A model generated the notes under the pieces. The model searched no databases. It had not been told where the DNA came from and worked only from the letters and a program-made list of their open reading frames with translations. DNA of 64,000 nt, from assembly GCF_009914755.1 (NCBI RefSeq), contig NC_060926.1. The stretch is one strand, 5' to 3'. Position numbers and translations under genes: made by a program. Source of the stretch: the human T2T-CHM13v2.0 reference genome, Homo sapiens. Of this stretch, positions 15,120-29,499 are shown one piece after another (position 1 is the first letter of the stretch; every line of letters begins with the position of its first letter).

Positions 15120-15145
15120 CTCAGAATCTGGGAAAACTTACCATG

Positions 15146-15512
<367 letters not shown>

Positions 15513-16265
15513 TCAAAATCTGACCTATGCCATCAGACTCAGACTTTGACTTTGTCCACTAGACTCTTAAGTGTCCTCTTACATGTCAGACCTTCTAAAT
15601 ATAATTATGACCCTAGTCTGTTACCACCTCAGGTCAGTTCCCAGATCCATCTGCCCTCATCTATGAAACAGCACAAATACCACCATTCCCAACTCTGCCT
15701 ACTGCTCAGTCTTAACAGCCCCATGATTGCAGGGAAGCTTAATGCTGAAGGAATCCATCCTGGCCTCACAAGTCCAACAACCTATTCCAATTCACGTATC
15801 TACACTAGCGTTTACTTGGCTGTTATTTTATCAAGACACAAGACCACCTGAGATTCTGATAAAAACTACAGATCTTCTCCTCTGAAGAAGGCCTGAATAT
15901 ATATATATATAATGTTGTAAATAATTTCACAGAGTTCCCATGAATCCTAAGAACTCTCGCTAACTATAACAGGGATTCTCATATTTAAAAACTTAAATAC
16001 ATATTCCTCACACACACATACACAGACACACATGCACACGTGAAATTTTATTTATGTCTATAGTGATATGTAAAGACATACTTTTTTCATTGTTTTTATT
16101 ATTCTTTTTGTGTATGTCCCCAAGGGGTCCTGGTGATCAATCAAGTTTGAGAGTCAATGCTCCATAGATTTAGAGCACCGGTCTACAAAGAAAGGTGTCT
16201 ACTCAAGGCAATTATTTGGAGTGCGTGGAAAATATTAAAATTCTGGTTTTTTTTAAAAAAAAAAG

Positions 16266-16529
16266 TTATAGAAATGGGGTCTTACGATGTTGCCCAGGCT
16301 TGTCTCCAACTTCTGACCTCAAGCAATCTTCTCCCCTCAGCCTCCCAAAGTGCATGGGATACAGGCATGAGCCACCACACCCAGCCTAAAACTCAGTATT
16401 ATTTTTATTTTTATTTTTGTAGAGACAGGGTCTTGCTATGTTGCCAAGGCTGGTCTGGAACTCAAGTGATCCTCCCACCTCAGGCTCCCAAAGTGCTAGG
16501 ATTACAGGCATGAGCCACCATACCAGGCC
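16266..16529 (-). mobile_element. Two tandem FLAM/Alu left monomers
   Basis: Two left-arm copies at about 16266-16386 and 16398-16529. Confidence 0.85.
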
Positions 16530-17109
16530 TCTATATTTGAGATTTTGTCAGTGTCCTCTTACACGTCAGACCTAATCTAACCTAATCCTTTTTTTGTTTC
16601 TAATACTTCTATTTGTTTCAGAATTGACATATTATTACAATCATACATGTACATTGTTTATAGGTAAATAAAAATATATATTGTATGTGCTTTAAAAAAA
16701 TTTACTCATCAAAAATTTAGATACTTCTTCAGGGAAACGACAATGATAAACAGTGCTCTGGATACACCATCAAGAACTGGTTAAGTGGTAGGGATTAACT
16801 GCAATGGTCTACACTCGCATGGCCTAATACCTCCCATCAAAACCATGCCTGTAACAGTGTACCTCAGTATCATACTTCACACCCCTAAACTCTTAATAGT
16901 TCATACACTTACAGAACTTTCATAAAATACAGCAAGTCATTATATCAATACTTATAATTTGGGGAGTGGCACTGATTTACAATCATATTGTTATTTTTTA
17001 AAGTGTAAGCAGTAAGGTATTATCAAGATGTGGCACACAGTGAACATTTTATAAACATGCATATTGTATATTTCAGTACTTCTCAAATCAGAAAAGTTCT
17101 AGTATGAAG

Positions 17110-17325
17110 TAAGGCAGACAATAGGTGCCCACTAGCCACATGTAGCTTGAGTATATGAAATGTGGCTAGTACCACATGTTTAAATGATATTCTGGATATA
17201 ATGGGTTAAATTAATCATATTAAAATTTATTTCATATATTTATTTTTACTTTTTTTAATGTGGCTACTAGAAAATTTAAAATTATACACATGGCTTGCAT
17301 TATATTTCTATTAGGCAGTACTAGT
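17110..17325. mobile_element. hAT-Charlie MITE (MER3/MER33-like)
   Basis: cactagccacatg...aaatgtggctagt and atgtggctactagaaaatttaaaatta motifs. Confidence 0.75.
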
Positions 17326-17852
17326 CTACAGAACAGTAAAATAAATTAGACGCTATACTTTATGAAAACTTTACCTTAATCCCAACTCCACCCCCACCAT
17401 AAATGTGTTCAAAGTAATATAAATTATTTACATTTACAAAATTTTTGCATGGGTCTAGGTTTTAAGATATCAATTCAACAAGAATATATACTTTTCTTCT
17501 GATTGGCAAAAATGAGCAAACCTGATAGCCTGACAGGAATGCTGTATCCACATACCCTAATGCAAAACTGTGAAGTTAAAAAAGAGTTACAAGACATTCT
17601 TAAAAATAAAATTTATATACTATAAGCTAAATAAACACAACAGGATCTATTTAGATTCTTACACTGCTTTAATAATTGGGCTTCACCTACAAAATTTTTT
17701 TTTTCTTTACTATAGAACTTACCTCCTATCAACATTACTGGATTGACATTTTCCCTTTCCTCTCTTGAAACTATCATCTATTTTAAGATAAGATTTTAAG
17801 ACAGCAAAGGTGCTAAATCAATATGTCTCATGCCCCTTTCCTTTTTGAAAGC

Positions 17853-18360
17853 TGTGGCAGATATAGAAGATTTGTCCTCACCACCCACCCAATCCCATTC
17901 TAGCATGTCATACAATACCAAAATGGCTAGAAAGCTAAAGTATACTTTTGCTAGACCTCCTTGCAATTAGGATCTGCATATGCCCTGAGTTTCCCAAGGA
18001 GAAGCACTCCTAGGAAGCCAAAGGGAGAAAGAAAACAAGGAAAGATAGCATCAAACACAGGCAGATCCACCAATGATGGCAGGCGAGGTAATGATTCTTC
18101 TGGGGCCAGCAGCAAAAACTGAAGCTCTTCATTCAGTAGCTTCCAAATTTGAGCAGAGCATTAGGGTTCTGAGACCAGAACTGGCTGCAGCTCACTTAGT
18201 AAGACAGCTGAAAAGTGTGGTTCTAGCAGGAGTTGCATCTAGAAGCTCAGCCTACAGTCTTTTGCTTTTGCTCCCTCAAAGACCTAGTAAACGATTACAC
18301 CTTAATAAATCCCCTTCTGCTTAAGCTAGCTCTAACATTTCTCTTGCAAGTAAGTTACTT
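17853..18360 (+). mobile_element. Old ERVL solo LTR (LTR41/LTR33-like)
   Basis: tgtggcaga start; cctccttgcaattagg; taataaatccccttctgcttaagctagc. Confidence 0.6.
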
Positions 18361-18474
18361 AGACTCTTGGTTTAGCCTCATGATTTCTAAGTGCAAAGAG
18401 TGGAAGAATACTCAACATATATTAGGGATAACAGACACTAAAATTCTGTAGTATGAAAGGAAGGAAGGGGACAA

Positions 18475-19125
18475 GGCAACATTTATTACAAAAATTACCA
18501 TGCACCTACTACGGGCCAAGAGCTTTACATGTAGTCTCACTTAATCTCCACAATAATCCATCAAAGTGAGTGTTTTCCTTCTTTTTTTTTTTTTTTTAGC
18601 TGATGAGAAATGGAAGAAGAGAAACTTGCCCAAGATGCACACCTCGTGACTTCTGGAGTAATGACAGATCAAGATCTGTCTGACTCCAAAGCCCTGGTTC
18701 TTTCTATACCACATCTTTTACTGAGCACCACAACCACAGTGCTCAGCATGCATGGGCTAATTAAATTATCCACCGTGATGGAATCATCACAGAGCCAGGA
18801 AAGCAATTCCTGAAAAGTGTCACCTAGACCGTTAATATAGTATGCCCTGTAGAGTCAAGTGTGATGTTCAAATACAGAAATAACTAGATGATGATTATAA
18901 TGATAATAGCATCCAACTACCATTTACTGAGTGCCTATTATGTTTAAAGTGCTTCATATACATTATTTCATTTAATCCTTTGAACATCCCAGTAACAAAT
19001 GCACAGTAGGTGCTGCTTTCATTTTACAATAGAAGAAAATGAGATGTAGGGAGATTAAGAACTCTGCCAAAGATTACTGCTCAAGTCAAGTTCAGTGGCA
19101 CAATTTGAACCCAAGTCTCTATGAT
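18475..19125 (-). mobile_element. Two MIR remnants (about 18475-18710 and 18890-19125)
   Basis: catttactgagtgcctatt...tcatttaatcct...cattttacaatagaagaaaatgag. Confidence 0.75.
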
Positions 19126-19539
19126 GTTCCAGCATGTGGGTGAGGATCACACCTTATATATATTTCCTCTTATCTTCTACAGGGCCAAACAACGACGTTA
19201 TGCAAATAAATATTCAATAAGTCAGTGATTTTACTTTGAAATTAGGGACATCAGATGCACATCAAAAAGCTTATATAACTTCAGCAGTCCAGGCAGACAG
19301 TGAAAAGACATAAAGGCCAATGTTTTCCAGGAAGAGTGAAAGGATCAGACCCACCCCGCTTCCCTCACACTCTTCTAGCCTGCCCACCCTCTACTGCATC
19401 TCCTCACCGCAAGAAAAAAAAAAAAAAAAAAGAGCTACAAGCAAGTACTATAAGTTGCTCTATCAACACTACTACACTGTTAGAAATTTCATACCATGCT
19501 GTCCTTAGAGAACTGTATGAAAGCAAGGAAATGCTGCGG

Positions 19540-19695
19540 AACAGCCCTTCAGATACCTGCCTCAGATCATCTGGAGAGCTTGTTAAAACATTCCCTGGCC
19601 TCATCCTTAGGAATTCCAATTCAGCAGGTTTGCGCTGGGGCTTGAGAAATTTGCAAATCTAACAAGCTCTGATACTAACACTGGACCACACTAGT
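19540..19695. mobile_element. MER5A (hAT-Charlie)
   Basis: atcatctggagagcttgttaaaaca...attcagcagg...aacaagctc. Confidence 0.7.
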
Positions 19696-20300
19696 TTCAA
19701 TTATCATCATCCTAAAACTTTTTGAACTTTGTCCACCAAGTTCGGCCACCAAAAAGTAACTCATGACAATTAGGAAGATGGTATTCACCTCCTCCTTGGT
19801 ATATACCATCGCTTTGTAATGGAGATATAAGCAAGTCTGAAAACAGCCAAAATGTTCCCAGAGCAGGGGCTAGGGAGTATACATAGTCTATATCCAAATA
19901 ATCAATGGGCCCTCAATGAGTCAAGTAGACATTTACAACTATCAGTGACACAATTATATGCATTTGTTAGAAGTTGTGGCAAGGGGGTGGGGCTGGGAGA
20001 AGGTAATAAAATTTGAAAAAATGTACTAAGTGTATGTGGGAACTCAGCACAAAGAGAAAATGTTGCCTTGGACTGGTACAAAACCTTACTTTTTGGTAAT
20101 AAATGGCCGAAATTTTTAGTAAAATGACATTAACAAATATTTCCCAAATAAACACTAGTACTGTTAGCAGCATAAAAAGTATTCAGTGTATTTCTAGATG
20201 ATGATACTGAGCTACAAAAGGCCAAGAAAACCCAAGACAACACATACCCAAAGATGGAGTCACTGTTCTCTTTTATTTACTAACAGACAATTAAACTTAC

Positions 20301-20417
20301 TTATTTAAATATCATTATGACAAATCCACCCATATACAGAAATAGAAGCTTGTGTTGTTAAACAGCTCAAAATATGGTTCCAAACCACATGTGCTGCGTT
20401 ACAGAAAAAGTTGTCTC
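20301..20417 (-). other. Candidate 117-nt non-coding exon
   Basis: Minus strand: gtgttttggctttag|GAGACA...TTTAAATAA|gtaagt, inside an apparently repeat-free block. Confidence 0.45.
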
Positions 20418-20938
20418 CTAAAGCCAAAACACCACCATTTAAAATTACACACTAGCAAAATCAACAGCATAGATGCAGCCTTCCATTAAACAAAAGGCAG
20501 TGCAGGATTTTGGGGGTTTTTTTGTTGTAATTCGATTGACATCAGGGCACTTGAAGTCTACACTAAGAAACCATATCAAAAATAAAAACAGGAAAAGAAA
20601 TCATAAAGAAAAAGAAACTGATAAATTTGCCATTAAAATTCAGAACTTATACAGAAAAGAAGACCTCATAAAGTGAATAACTCTACAAACTGGAAAAATG
20701 TATTTCGCCCACACATAACCAATAATGGTGTAAATGCAGATGCTAGGGAGAAAAAGTCTACAAATCAATAAGAAAAGGACAAATGACCCAAAAGAAACAG
20801 GTAAAAAACATGAACATGTAATCCACAGAGAAGGAAAACCTTAAATGATCAATAAATACATAAAAAGATGCTCAATGTTAACAATGAGCAGAAAAATGCA
20901 TATTAAAACAACCCTATGAAATTCATGCCTATCAGAAC

Positions 20939-21176
20939 TTTTTTTTTTAATTTTATTATTATTATACTTTAAGTTTTAGGGTACATGTGCACAACGTGCA
21001 GGTTTGTTACATACGTATACATGTGCCATGTTGATGTGCTGCACCCATTAACTCGTCATTTAGCATTAGGTATATCTCCTAATGCTATCCCTCCCCCCGC
21101 CCCCACCCCACAACAGTCCCCGGTGTGTGATGTTCCCCTTCCTGTGTCCATGTGTTCTCATTGTTCAATTCCCACC
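20939..21176 (-). mobile_element. Short young L1PA 3' end
   Basis: ttattatactttaagttttagggtacatgtgcacaacgtgcagg... Confidence 0.95.
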
Positions 21177-21559
21177 CAGAATATTTTTTTAGAGTCTAAC
21201 AATATCAATGTTGCCTGGGAGAGAGTGAAACAAGAATTCTCTTACACTTTCAGAGAAGCGAAGAATTCTCTTCACTTCCAAATTGCTGAGCAACTTGGCA
21301 ATATCAGCTAAAGCTCAGAGATTCTACTTGCTACAATCCAATAATTCTATCCCATTATATATCATCAGAATTAGAGAAATTCACAAGATATACAAAATAT
21401 TTATACAAGACTCTCCATAGCAGCATTGTTATAGCAAAAAAAAAAAAAAAAAAAAAAACGGAAAATAACCTAAATGTCCAGCAACAGCACAAAAGATACA
21501 GTATAATCATACAACTGAATATAATATAGCCCTAAAATTTCACTGAACTATAGTAGTGG

Positions 21560-22008
21560 TGTTATGGGCTGAACTGTGTCCCTCCAAAATTCATATGTTG
21601 AAGCCCTAACCTCTAGCACCTCAGAATAACTGTATTTGGAGGCAGGGCCTTTAAAGAGGTGATTAAGTCAAAATGAGGCTATTAGAGTGGGTGGGTCCTA
21701 ATCTAATCTGACTAGTGTCCTTATAAGAGGAAATGTCCTTATGAGAGGAACTTAGCATGCTTGCATATAGACCAGAGAGGACCATATGAGCAAGGTGAAC
21801 AACTGCATAGCCAGGAAAGAGACCTCAGAAGAAAGCAAACCTGCCAACACATTGATCTTAGAATTTCAGCCTCCAGAACTCAGAAAATAATTTTTTTTTC
21901 TTAACTTTTATTTTAGGTTCAGGGGTACATGTGCAGGTTTGTAATTTCTGTTCTTTAAACCACCTCATCTGTGGTATTTTGTTATGGCAGCTGTAGAAAA
22001 CTAACACA
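21560..22008 (+). mobile_element. MLT1B-like MaLR LTR with a ~50-nt antisense L1PA tail inserted (about 21891-21942)
   Basis: tgttatgggctgaactgtgtccctccaaaattcatatgttgaag...ttgttatggcagc. Confidence 0.85.
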
Positions 22009-22019
22009 ACTTAAACATT

Positions 22020-22345
22020 CAAAAGAATCACCCGGAAGGCTTGTTAAAACACAGATTGCTGGTCCTTACTCTGAGTTTCTATTCACTAGGTCAGGAGTGA
22101 GGTCTAGACAGGGCTAGCTTCACAGCTACCAAGCACGGAAGGACCCTGCACCTGGTTTAATGCTCTGCTGTCACCATCTTGACATTATTAATAGTTTCTA
22201 AACATGGGGCCCAGCATTCTCATTTTGTACTGGGTAGCACAATTTATTTATTCAGTCCTGGCCTGAGAAGCTGTATTTTTAATAAGTTCCCAAGTGATAC
22301 TAAGATTGCTGGTCGGGGACCAAATTCTGAAAACCACTAAACTAG
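22020..22345. mobile_element. MER5A split by MER53 (22109-22260)
   Basis: cagggctagcttca...tggtttaatgctctgctgtcaccatcttga...gtcctg matches MER53; the flanks match MER5A. Confidence 0.8.
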
Positions 22346-22677
22346 AGCAACACTTATTTTAACCTAAATAAGTTTAAAAATATAATATTGGTGAAATATT
22401 ATATATTTCACCCATATATAATATTTATATATTATATATATGTAATATATTGGTGAATTATATATTGGTGAAAAAAGAATAAATTTCAGAGGGATAGGTA
22501 CAGATATCATTTATATGGGCTTTTTATTATTGATACATGCATATTAAATAAATGTATAAAAACCTCTGAGGCTAGGGAAAGGAGAATGGAATTAGGCATC
22601 AGCATCACAGAGATCCTCACTTCCATCTATAAAGTTCTATTTAAGAAATAAACAGTTAAAAACTGAACTAAACATGG

Positions 22678-23487
22678 TGTGAATTAATAGGAAATATGTG
22701 TATTGGTCTCTGTCCCTGGTTCCTCACACAGAACTTCTAAATCCCTTGGAATTTCCTGGGTGATAGGAGCATCTTTTTTTCTAATGAGGCAACTCTTGGT
22801 GGGCTCCTGGATGATCACCAGAAAGACCAAGCCGTGATTAGAAGCTTGGAACCTTCAGTTCCACCCAACTCCCATCCTATGCGGAGGGGAAAGGGAATAG
22901 ATAATGAGTTAATAATCAATCATGCCTACCTGATGAAGCCTCCAGAAAGATACCTGAACTAAGGGGTTCAGAGAGCTTCTGAGTTGGTGAATACATCCAC
23001 GTGCTCAGAGTGGCACACCCCCAGTCCAGAGGGAAAGAAGTTGCTGCGCCCAGGACCCTTCCAGACCTCACCCTACACATCTCTTCATCTGGCTGATCTG
23101 GCCGTTCATTTGTATCCTTTATCATATCCTTTTTTAATAAACTGGTAAAAGTATTTCCCTGAGTTCTGTGAGCTGATCCCAAGAAGGTGCTGGTGGGCAC
23201 CTCCAATTTGTAGCTAAGTTGGACAGAAATTGAGGATAGCCTACTACTTGAGATTGGTGTCTGAAGTGGGGGACAATCTTGTGGGATCAAGCTCTTAACC
23301 TGCAGGATCTGTCACTATCTCCAGGCAGATAATGTCAGAGCTAAGTTAAATTGTAGGATAACCAGTTGGTGTCAGACAACCAGTCAGTGAGGAAAAAACC
23401 CCATAAACATTTTGATGACCAGAGGTGAAGTATTCTGTGCTGAGTTTGAACATAGAAGAAAAAACAGTTGTTTTCTCCTATTATACA
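22678..23487 (+). mobile_element. MER21-family solo LTR (MER21C-like)
   Basis: TGTG...ACA ends; TSD catgg/cacgg. Confidence 0.82.
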
Positions 23488-23899
23488 CACGGCAAAAAAG
23501 GTTCAGATCTGACAGACCTCGGAGGGAGTGACATTGTATTGTACTTTTCTGTGAATTTAAAACACTTGAAAAAAATTTTAAAGGGAAATAAATAAATCTT
23601 AATTTTTATATAACCTGAATAAGGCCTAGTAAAATAGTCCATTTGAAATTAAAATTTTGCCAGTGAGAAGAATTTCATAAATTCTATTTATGAAAAAGTC
23701 CCTTCAGAATAACCAAAATATAGTTACTTGAAGTTTGACAAACATAATATTAAAAACTAAGTGTATATCCACTTTAAATGCACAACACACTCTAAAAATA
23801 ACTAAAAGATGAAGAAAACTAAGTTACTAAAAATGAGAACTACCATCCATTGAAAAGAATAACTGTACCATGCAGGTTAGTGTGACTCTAGTATGTCTT

Positions 23900-24660
23900 T
23901 CATACAAAATGAAAAAAATAAATTTTAAACTGTTTATAAAGGAACAAAATATACTGGGTGATGAAATTTCTCCAAACCTGGAGAAAATATATGGAAAAAA
24001 TTATGTCCCTAACATATAGAAAGTCTATTTGAATTAAAATGAAAGAAATAAATACTAAATATTAGAAAGAAAATTTTAATCTAAGATAGCATAAATGCAA
24101 ATTTTACAAAGGATACTTTTAACTGTCAAATTAGGCAACTTTGTTTACAAAAACAAATAATCATACTGCTGTTCTACTTTAGTAGAGATATAAAATGGTA
24201 ATACTTTGTGGAAAGAAATATAACAAATTAATCAAAGACCTTAAAAATATTCACATACTTTTATCCAGTAATTATCTTTCTAGAAATACCTCCCATGGAA
24301 AAAAATCAAAATAAAGACAAATAATATTCATGTGCAAATATATATTCATCACAACATTATGTCTAGCAGAAAAAAATCATAAAAATCTTAAAATGGTATG
24401 ATACACCTACATGATATATAAAATTTAATGACATGTGAGAAATTATTATGATAATTAAGTAAAAAAGGAAAGTTATTAAGTTATACATTATGATCTTGAC
24501 CATGGATGGCTATAATATTAAAAAAAACTGAAAGGAAAATGACAAAACATTAACAGTCTGCCTCTGAGTAATGGAATCATGGTGATTTGTTTCCTCAATT
24601 TCTTTTCTATAACATGTATGTCACTTCTACAATTATTATAGAAAAATAAAAATAAAAGAA
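23900..24660 (+). mobile_element. Old L1ME-like remnant
   Basis: A-rich, degenerate L1 ORF2 end and 3'UTR motifs. Confidence 0.5.
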
Positions 24661-24790
24661 AATTAGCATTTTCCACTAAATATAAAACATTTAAAACTAA
24701 GGTATTAAGGCATTTATTAAAGTACCTTAACTAACTGTTCATTATTTTAATAAATCTTTGAAACATTCATTTCCGTAAAAAGGTGTTAAG

Positions 24791-25174
24791 GGCCAGACAC
24801 AGTGGTTCATGGCTGTAATGCCAACACTTTAGGACGCCGTGGAGTGAGGACTGCTTGAGCCCAGGAGTTCAAGATTAGCCTGGGCAACACGGCAAGACCT
24901 CATCTCTATAAAAAAATTTTAGGCCAAGCACAGAGGCTCACACCTATAATCCCGGCACTTTGGGAGGCCAAACTTTTTTTTTTTTTTTTTTTTTAATTAG
25001 CTGGATGTAGTGGAGCACTCCCGTAGTCCCAGATACTCAGGAGCTGAGGTGGTAGGATCACTTGAGCCCAAGAGGTCAAGGCTGCAGTAAGCCATGATCA
25101 TGCCACTGCACTTCAACCTAGGCAAAAGAGCGAGACCCTGTCTCAAAAAATAAAGAAAACAAAGGAAAAAAAAA
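24791..25174 (+). mobile_element. AluJ with an extra 5' Alu fragment and poly(T) in the linker
   Basis: Left arm, then a second Alu head (24922-24970), a T run and the right arm. Confidence 0.88.
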
Positions 25175-25871
25175 AGTTGATTGGTAGCTGGTAAGATATA
25201 ATGTACCTTTCAAAATGGAAACATATTCTTCCAGAATTCCTTCTTAGGTTTTTCTCTACTCTAAATCCTTCCAGTCACATGCACCTATATTTGGTCTAAC
25301 TTCTAAGTATCTAAATATCCTAAAAAAGTTTCTTAATTTTATCATTCTGGGTCATTATAAATTTAACATCTTAACTCATACACTTTCATCAACCTGCCTA
25401 ATGATAATATCTGAGACCCCAGGACCTCCCATTCACTGAAAGGGTCCCTTTAAATGTATCTCTGTTTTACAAAACATATCTATAAGGAAGGGATCATCAC
25501 CTTGACTTTGTAGATGAGTGAACTCAGAGAGGTTAAGTAACTGTCCCTCTGTCACACAGCTAGAAAGTGGCAGAACTGTGACTTGAACTCTGATGATTCA
25601 ACTGTAATACATCACACCATTTTTCAGTACACCTAATGTAACATAAAATGCTGGGTTTTGCCATTTTAACCCTGCCCCCTAAGGGTTCCAGAGTTCCAGA
25701 AAAAGATACAATTACAAAGAAAATGTAATTGAAGGAGCTTTACATTAATCATAGGAAAATATTTTAATCTGTCTCCTACTTTCTACACTTAACTATTGAG
25801 CATTTTGGCCCCAGAAAACTGAATCAATCTGAGGCCGGAAATAAGAGAATATAGATAATCAGGTAAAATGA

Positions 25872-26376
25872 TGTAGCCAACTATTTTCCAAAAACAACCA
25901 CAGCAATATTCCCAGTCCCTCGTGCCCTTCTAGTAGCTTGTTACTCTCTCATCCAGAGGTGGAGACAATTTTCCCTCCAGCTTGAATTTAGCAGGCCTTT
26001 CTATCAAGTAATAAAATGTCTTGGAAGTAGTACTGTGTGACTTCCAAAAGTAAATTATAAATAGACAATACAGGTCTTCGCAGCTTCTCCCTCTCCTTCC
26101 TCTCACCCTTAGAAGACAGCCAACACACTAAGAAGATGCTCAGGCCACATATAAATGTTCTAACCAGTATCCAACCACCGTAGGTGTGCATGAGTAGCAC
26201 TCAAATGATTCTGGCCCTCACCTTTGAGCCACATCATCTAACACAAAGTGTAGCAAAAACAAATTATGCCAAATGAACCCTTCCAAATTAGAGACTCATG
26301 AGCAAAATATATGTTGTCCTAGTTTTAAGCCACTGTTTTGCAGCAGTTTGTCAAATAGCAGTAAATAACTAAAGCA
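25872..26376 (+). mobile_element. Old MaLR LTR (MLT1G/H-like)
   Basis: tgtagcc start; ttttaagccactg...tagcagtaaataactaaagca end. Confidence 0.7.
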
Positions 26377-27194
26377 GGTATCTTAGGCTATACTCACAGT
26401 AAGTTAAAGAATTTAGTGGTTATTTCCAGTAAACTTATATGATAATTTTTCTGCAATTATCCTCCTTGTAAATTAGCTGAACCACAGCTTATAATGCCTT
26501 TGACTTTGGGTTGCTCTCTAAAGATTTAAGCATTCTGAGCTACTTCATTCCCCTTTTAGAGTCAAACTACACACCTTGTTGAAATTTAAAGATTAGCGTT
26601 AACATCTTTTCAAGGGTGAGTTCTAAGCAAGGATGCCAAGAAACTCCCTTCTAAAAGACAAAGTCATGGCATCTATGTTTTGGTTTATACTATAAAAGAC
26701 ACTTGTGGAAAGATGTGCAGTTACCAGTGTTCCCCCAGAATATATTTCCACAAAATATTTTAACAGAGAATGCAGAGTAAATGTGGGGGACAACTCCACA
26801 GATTTGAGTGAAGAAAGAAAAAAAATGGTATCACACTGCACTCCTAATGCAGACATCTGTACTCTGCAGATTTGTCCACTGGTTTAGGCCAGTGTACTGT
26901 TTACTGATTGCTTTGACTTTCATTATTTTTTTATAGCTTCACATGTAATTTCTAATCAACTTAGCTGAAAGAAGTGACAAATTCTCCTTTTTCATACAAA
27001 TGTAACAATTTTCCCCTCTAGAAAACATTTCGATGATGAGGTTTGCATGAAGCCAACTTAAATGCAAATAGAACAGAAAAACTGAAAATAGTTCACTTTA
27101 TAGCTTTCAGGAAGGAGTTTTAAGGTGGTAGTGGCCAATGTCATATTAAAAGTTAGCCAAGGTTGACTGCAGAGATTAATGATAAAATGGTATT

Positions 27195-27493
27195 GGCCGG
27201 GCACGGTGGCTCACGCCTGTAATCCCAGCACTTTGGGAGGCCAAAGCGGGCGGATCACAAGGTCAGGAGATCAAGACCATCCTGGCTAACAAAGTGAAAC
27301 CCCGTCTCTACTAAAAATACAAAAATTAGCTGGGCGTGGTGGCGTGCGCCTGTAGTCCCAGCTACTGGGGAGGCTGAGGCAGGAGAATGGCGTGAACCCG
27401 GGAGGCAGAGCTTGCAGTGAGTGAGCCAAGATCGCGCCACTGCACTCCAGCCTGGGCGACAGAGCAAGACTCTGTCTCAAAAAAAAAAAAAAA
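27195..27493 (+). mobile_element. AluY SINE
   Basis: gagaatggcgtgaacccgggaggcagagcttgcag; TSD ataaaatggtatt. Confidence 0.95.
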
Positions 27494-27865
27494 ACCTTAT
27501 AAAATGGTATTGTATGAACATAATATGTTCTTTGATTGTAAAATACCTCAGGCTGGTAATCAAATAGAAATTATATAAAGATTAGAGGAAAAAAACACTT
27601 TGTTTCTTAGGCATGGTTTGCATTAGTGTAAGACCTTTTTGACAGCATAATGAAGACCAATCTGTTCCTTCCTACTAAACCTAGATCTATCTCAGCTTTA
27701 ACCTCCCAATAAAGCCTTATTCAGGGTCACACAGGATAGAAGAGAGTAGTGTCCTCATCATTAGCAAAGTAAAATTCCTATATTCTCCTTAACTTTTTGA
27801 ACATATAGTATATGTACACTAGGTTATTTGCTAAAATTGATGTCATTTATTATACAGTTAATTGA

Positions 27866-28210
<345 letters not shown>

Positions 28211-29068
28211 CAACACAATTTATATCCAATCCTTTGATGAAAATAATATTCTTGAAATACATCAACTTCAGATTAAAAAATGGAAAATGAATCCAAAAGT
28301 TTATCTGTTATCCCCCCTTCTTTGAAGGGGAACAAAAAAACTGTACCACAAAAATGACAATCTTTCTATATAAATTTAAAGAACAATGGAAACCCAAGTA
28401 AAGGCTTAAAAATATACTTTTTACGATTAAATGTTAGGGTGATTCTATCCTTTACAATTCATATCTGTTGTATAAACACTATGGAATCTAATACGTTTTC
28501 AGAGCTCATTTGAATTAATATGAAATAAACAGTTGAAAACACTAAAAACGTTAAAGCACACTGGTTCCAGGAGCATATTTTCAAGACAGGGAAAACTACA
28601 CTACTCAAATCTCAACAAGGGAGTGGCAAGTGAGAGCTGGTTAAAGAAATTCCAACAATTCCTACTACAGAGAAATGTTTACATTAAAACAGAGGTCTTC
28701 CAAGGCCTGCAAACTTCTCTTTTTTGTTAATCTGAATGAGAATATCCCTGGAATTGTCTACAGATCCCACCACACCCTACTGTATACTACTTGGCTATTT
28801 CAATGTTCTATGAAGAATTTGAGTTAGCGAAATCTACTGCTGACCAAAGACTGAAGAAGAGACCATCTGTTCTATACACTACTACACCCCAAGCCCCTGG
28901 TGCAACTACATACATACAAAATATGTTTGTTGAATGAATTAGAGGGAGGGAAACAGATAGGGAGAAACAAAAAGGAAGGAAGAAAGAGAACAGATGCCCT
29001 GCTGTAAACATGAGTAAACAGAAGATTCAAACTATATTAAGAAAATATAATTGTTGGACAAGAAAATT

Positions 29069-29366
29069 CTTTTTTTTTTTTTTTTTTTTTTGACATGGAG
29101 TCTCGCTCTGTCGCCCAGTCTGGAGCGCAGTGGTGCGATCTCCACTCACTGCAAGCTCCGCCTCCCGGGTTCACGCCATTCTCCTGCCTCAGCCTCCTGA
29201 GTACCTGGGACTCCAGGCACCTGCCACCATACCCAGCTAGAGACAGGGTTTAATAGAGACGGGGTTTCACTGTGTTAGCCAGGATGGTCTCGATCTAACC
29301 TCGTGATCCGCCCGCCTCGGCCTCACAAAGTGCTGGAATTACAGGCGTGAGCCACTGTGCCCAGCC
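29069..29366 (-). mobile_element. AluY SINE with a rearranged linker
   Basis: gcaagctccgcctcccgggttcacgccattc; TSD aagaaaatt. Confidence 0.93.
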
Positions 29367-29499
29367 AAGAAAATTATTTTCAGTCATATTTCCTGACCAT
29401 TAGTAAGTCAGAACCCTGGCATTATTTCCCTATGAAACTCATCTAGAAAACACTGAGCATAGGCTCAAAGTGCTGCTAGAAGCTCAAAGTGTAGAACAT

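Larger units (their letters stand above)
20620..22670 (+). mobile_element. Old L1M 3' remnant, interrupted several times
   Basis: caaatcaataagaaaaggacaaatgaccca...aaaagatgctcaa...cctaaatgtccagcaac. Confidence 0.7.

Noticed and set aside
17723-17777. 55-nt exon candidate with GAG|gtaagt donor
   Set aside because: The acceptor (cttaaaatag) lacks a polypyrimidine tract
18598-18640. CTGATGAG...GAAA hammerhead ribozyme-like core
   Set aside because: Lies in a MIR; stems II and III cannot be formed
27032-27085. Box C (TGATGA) ... box D (CTGA) snoRNA-like pattern
   Set aside because: Too short, no convincing terminal stem, and antisense to the inferred host
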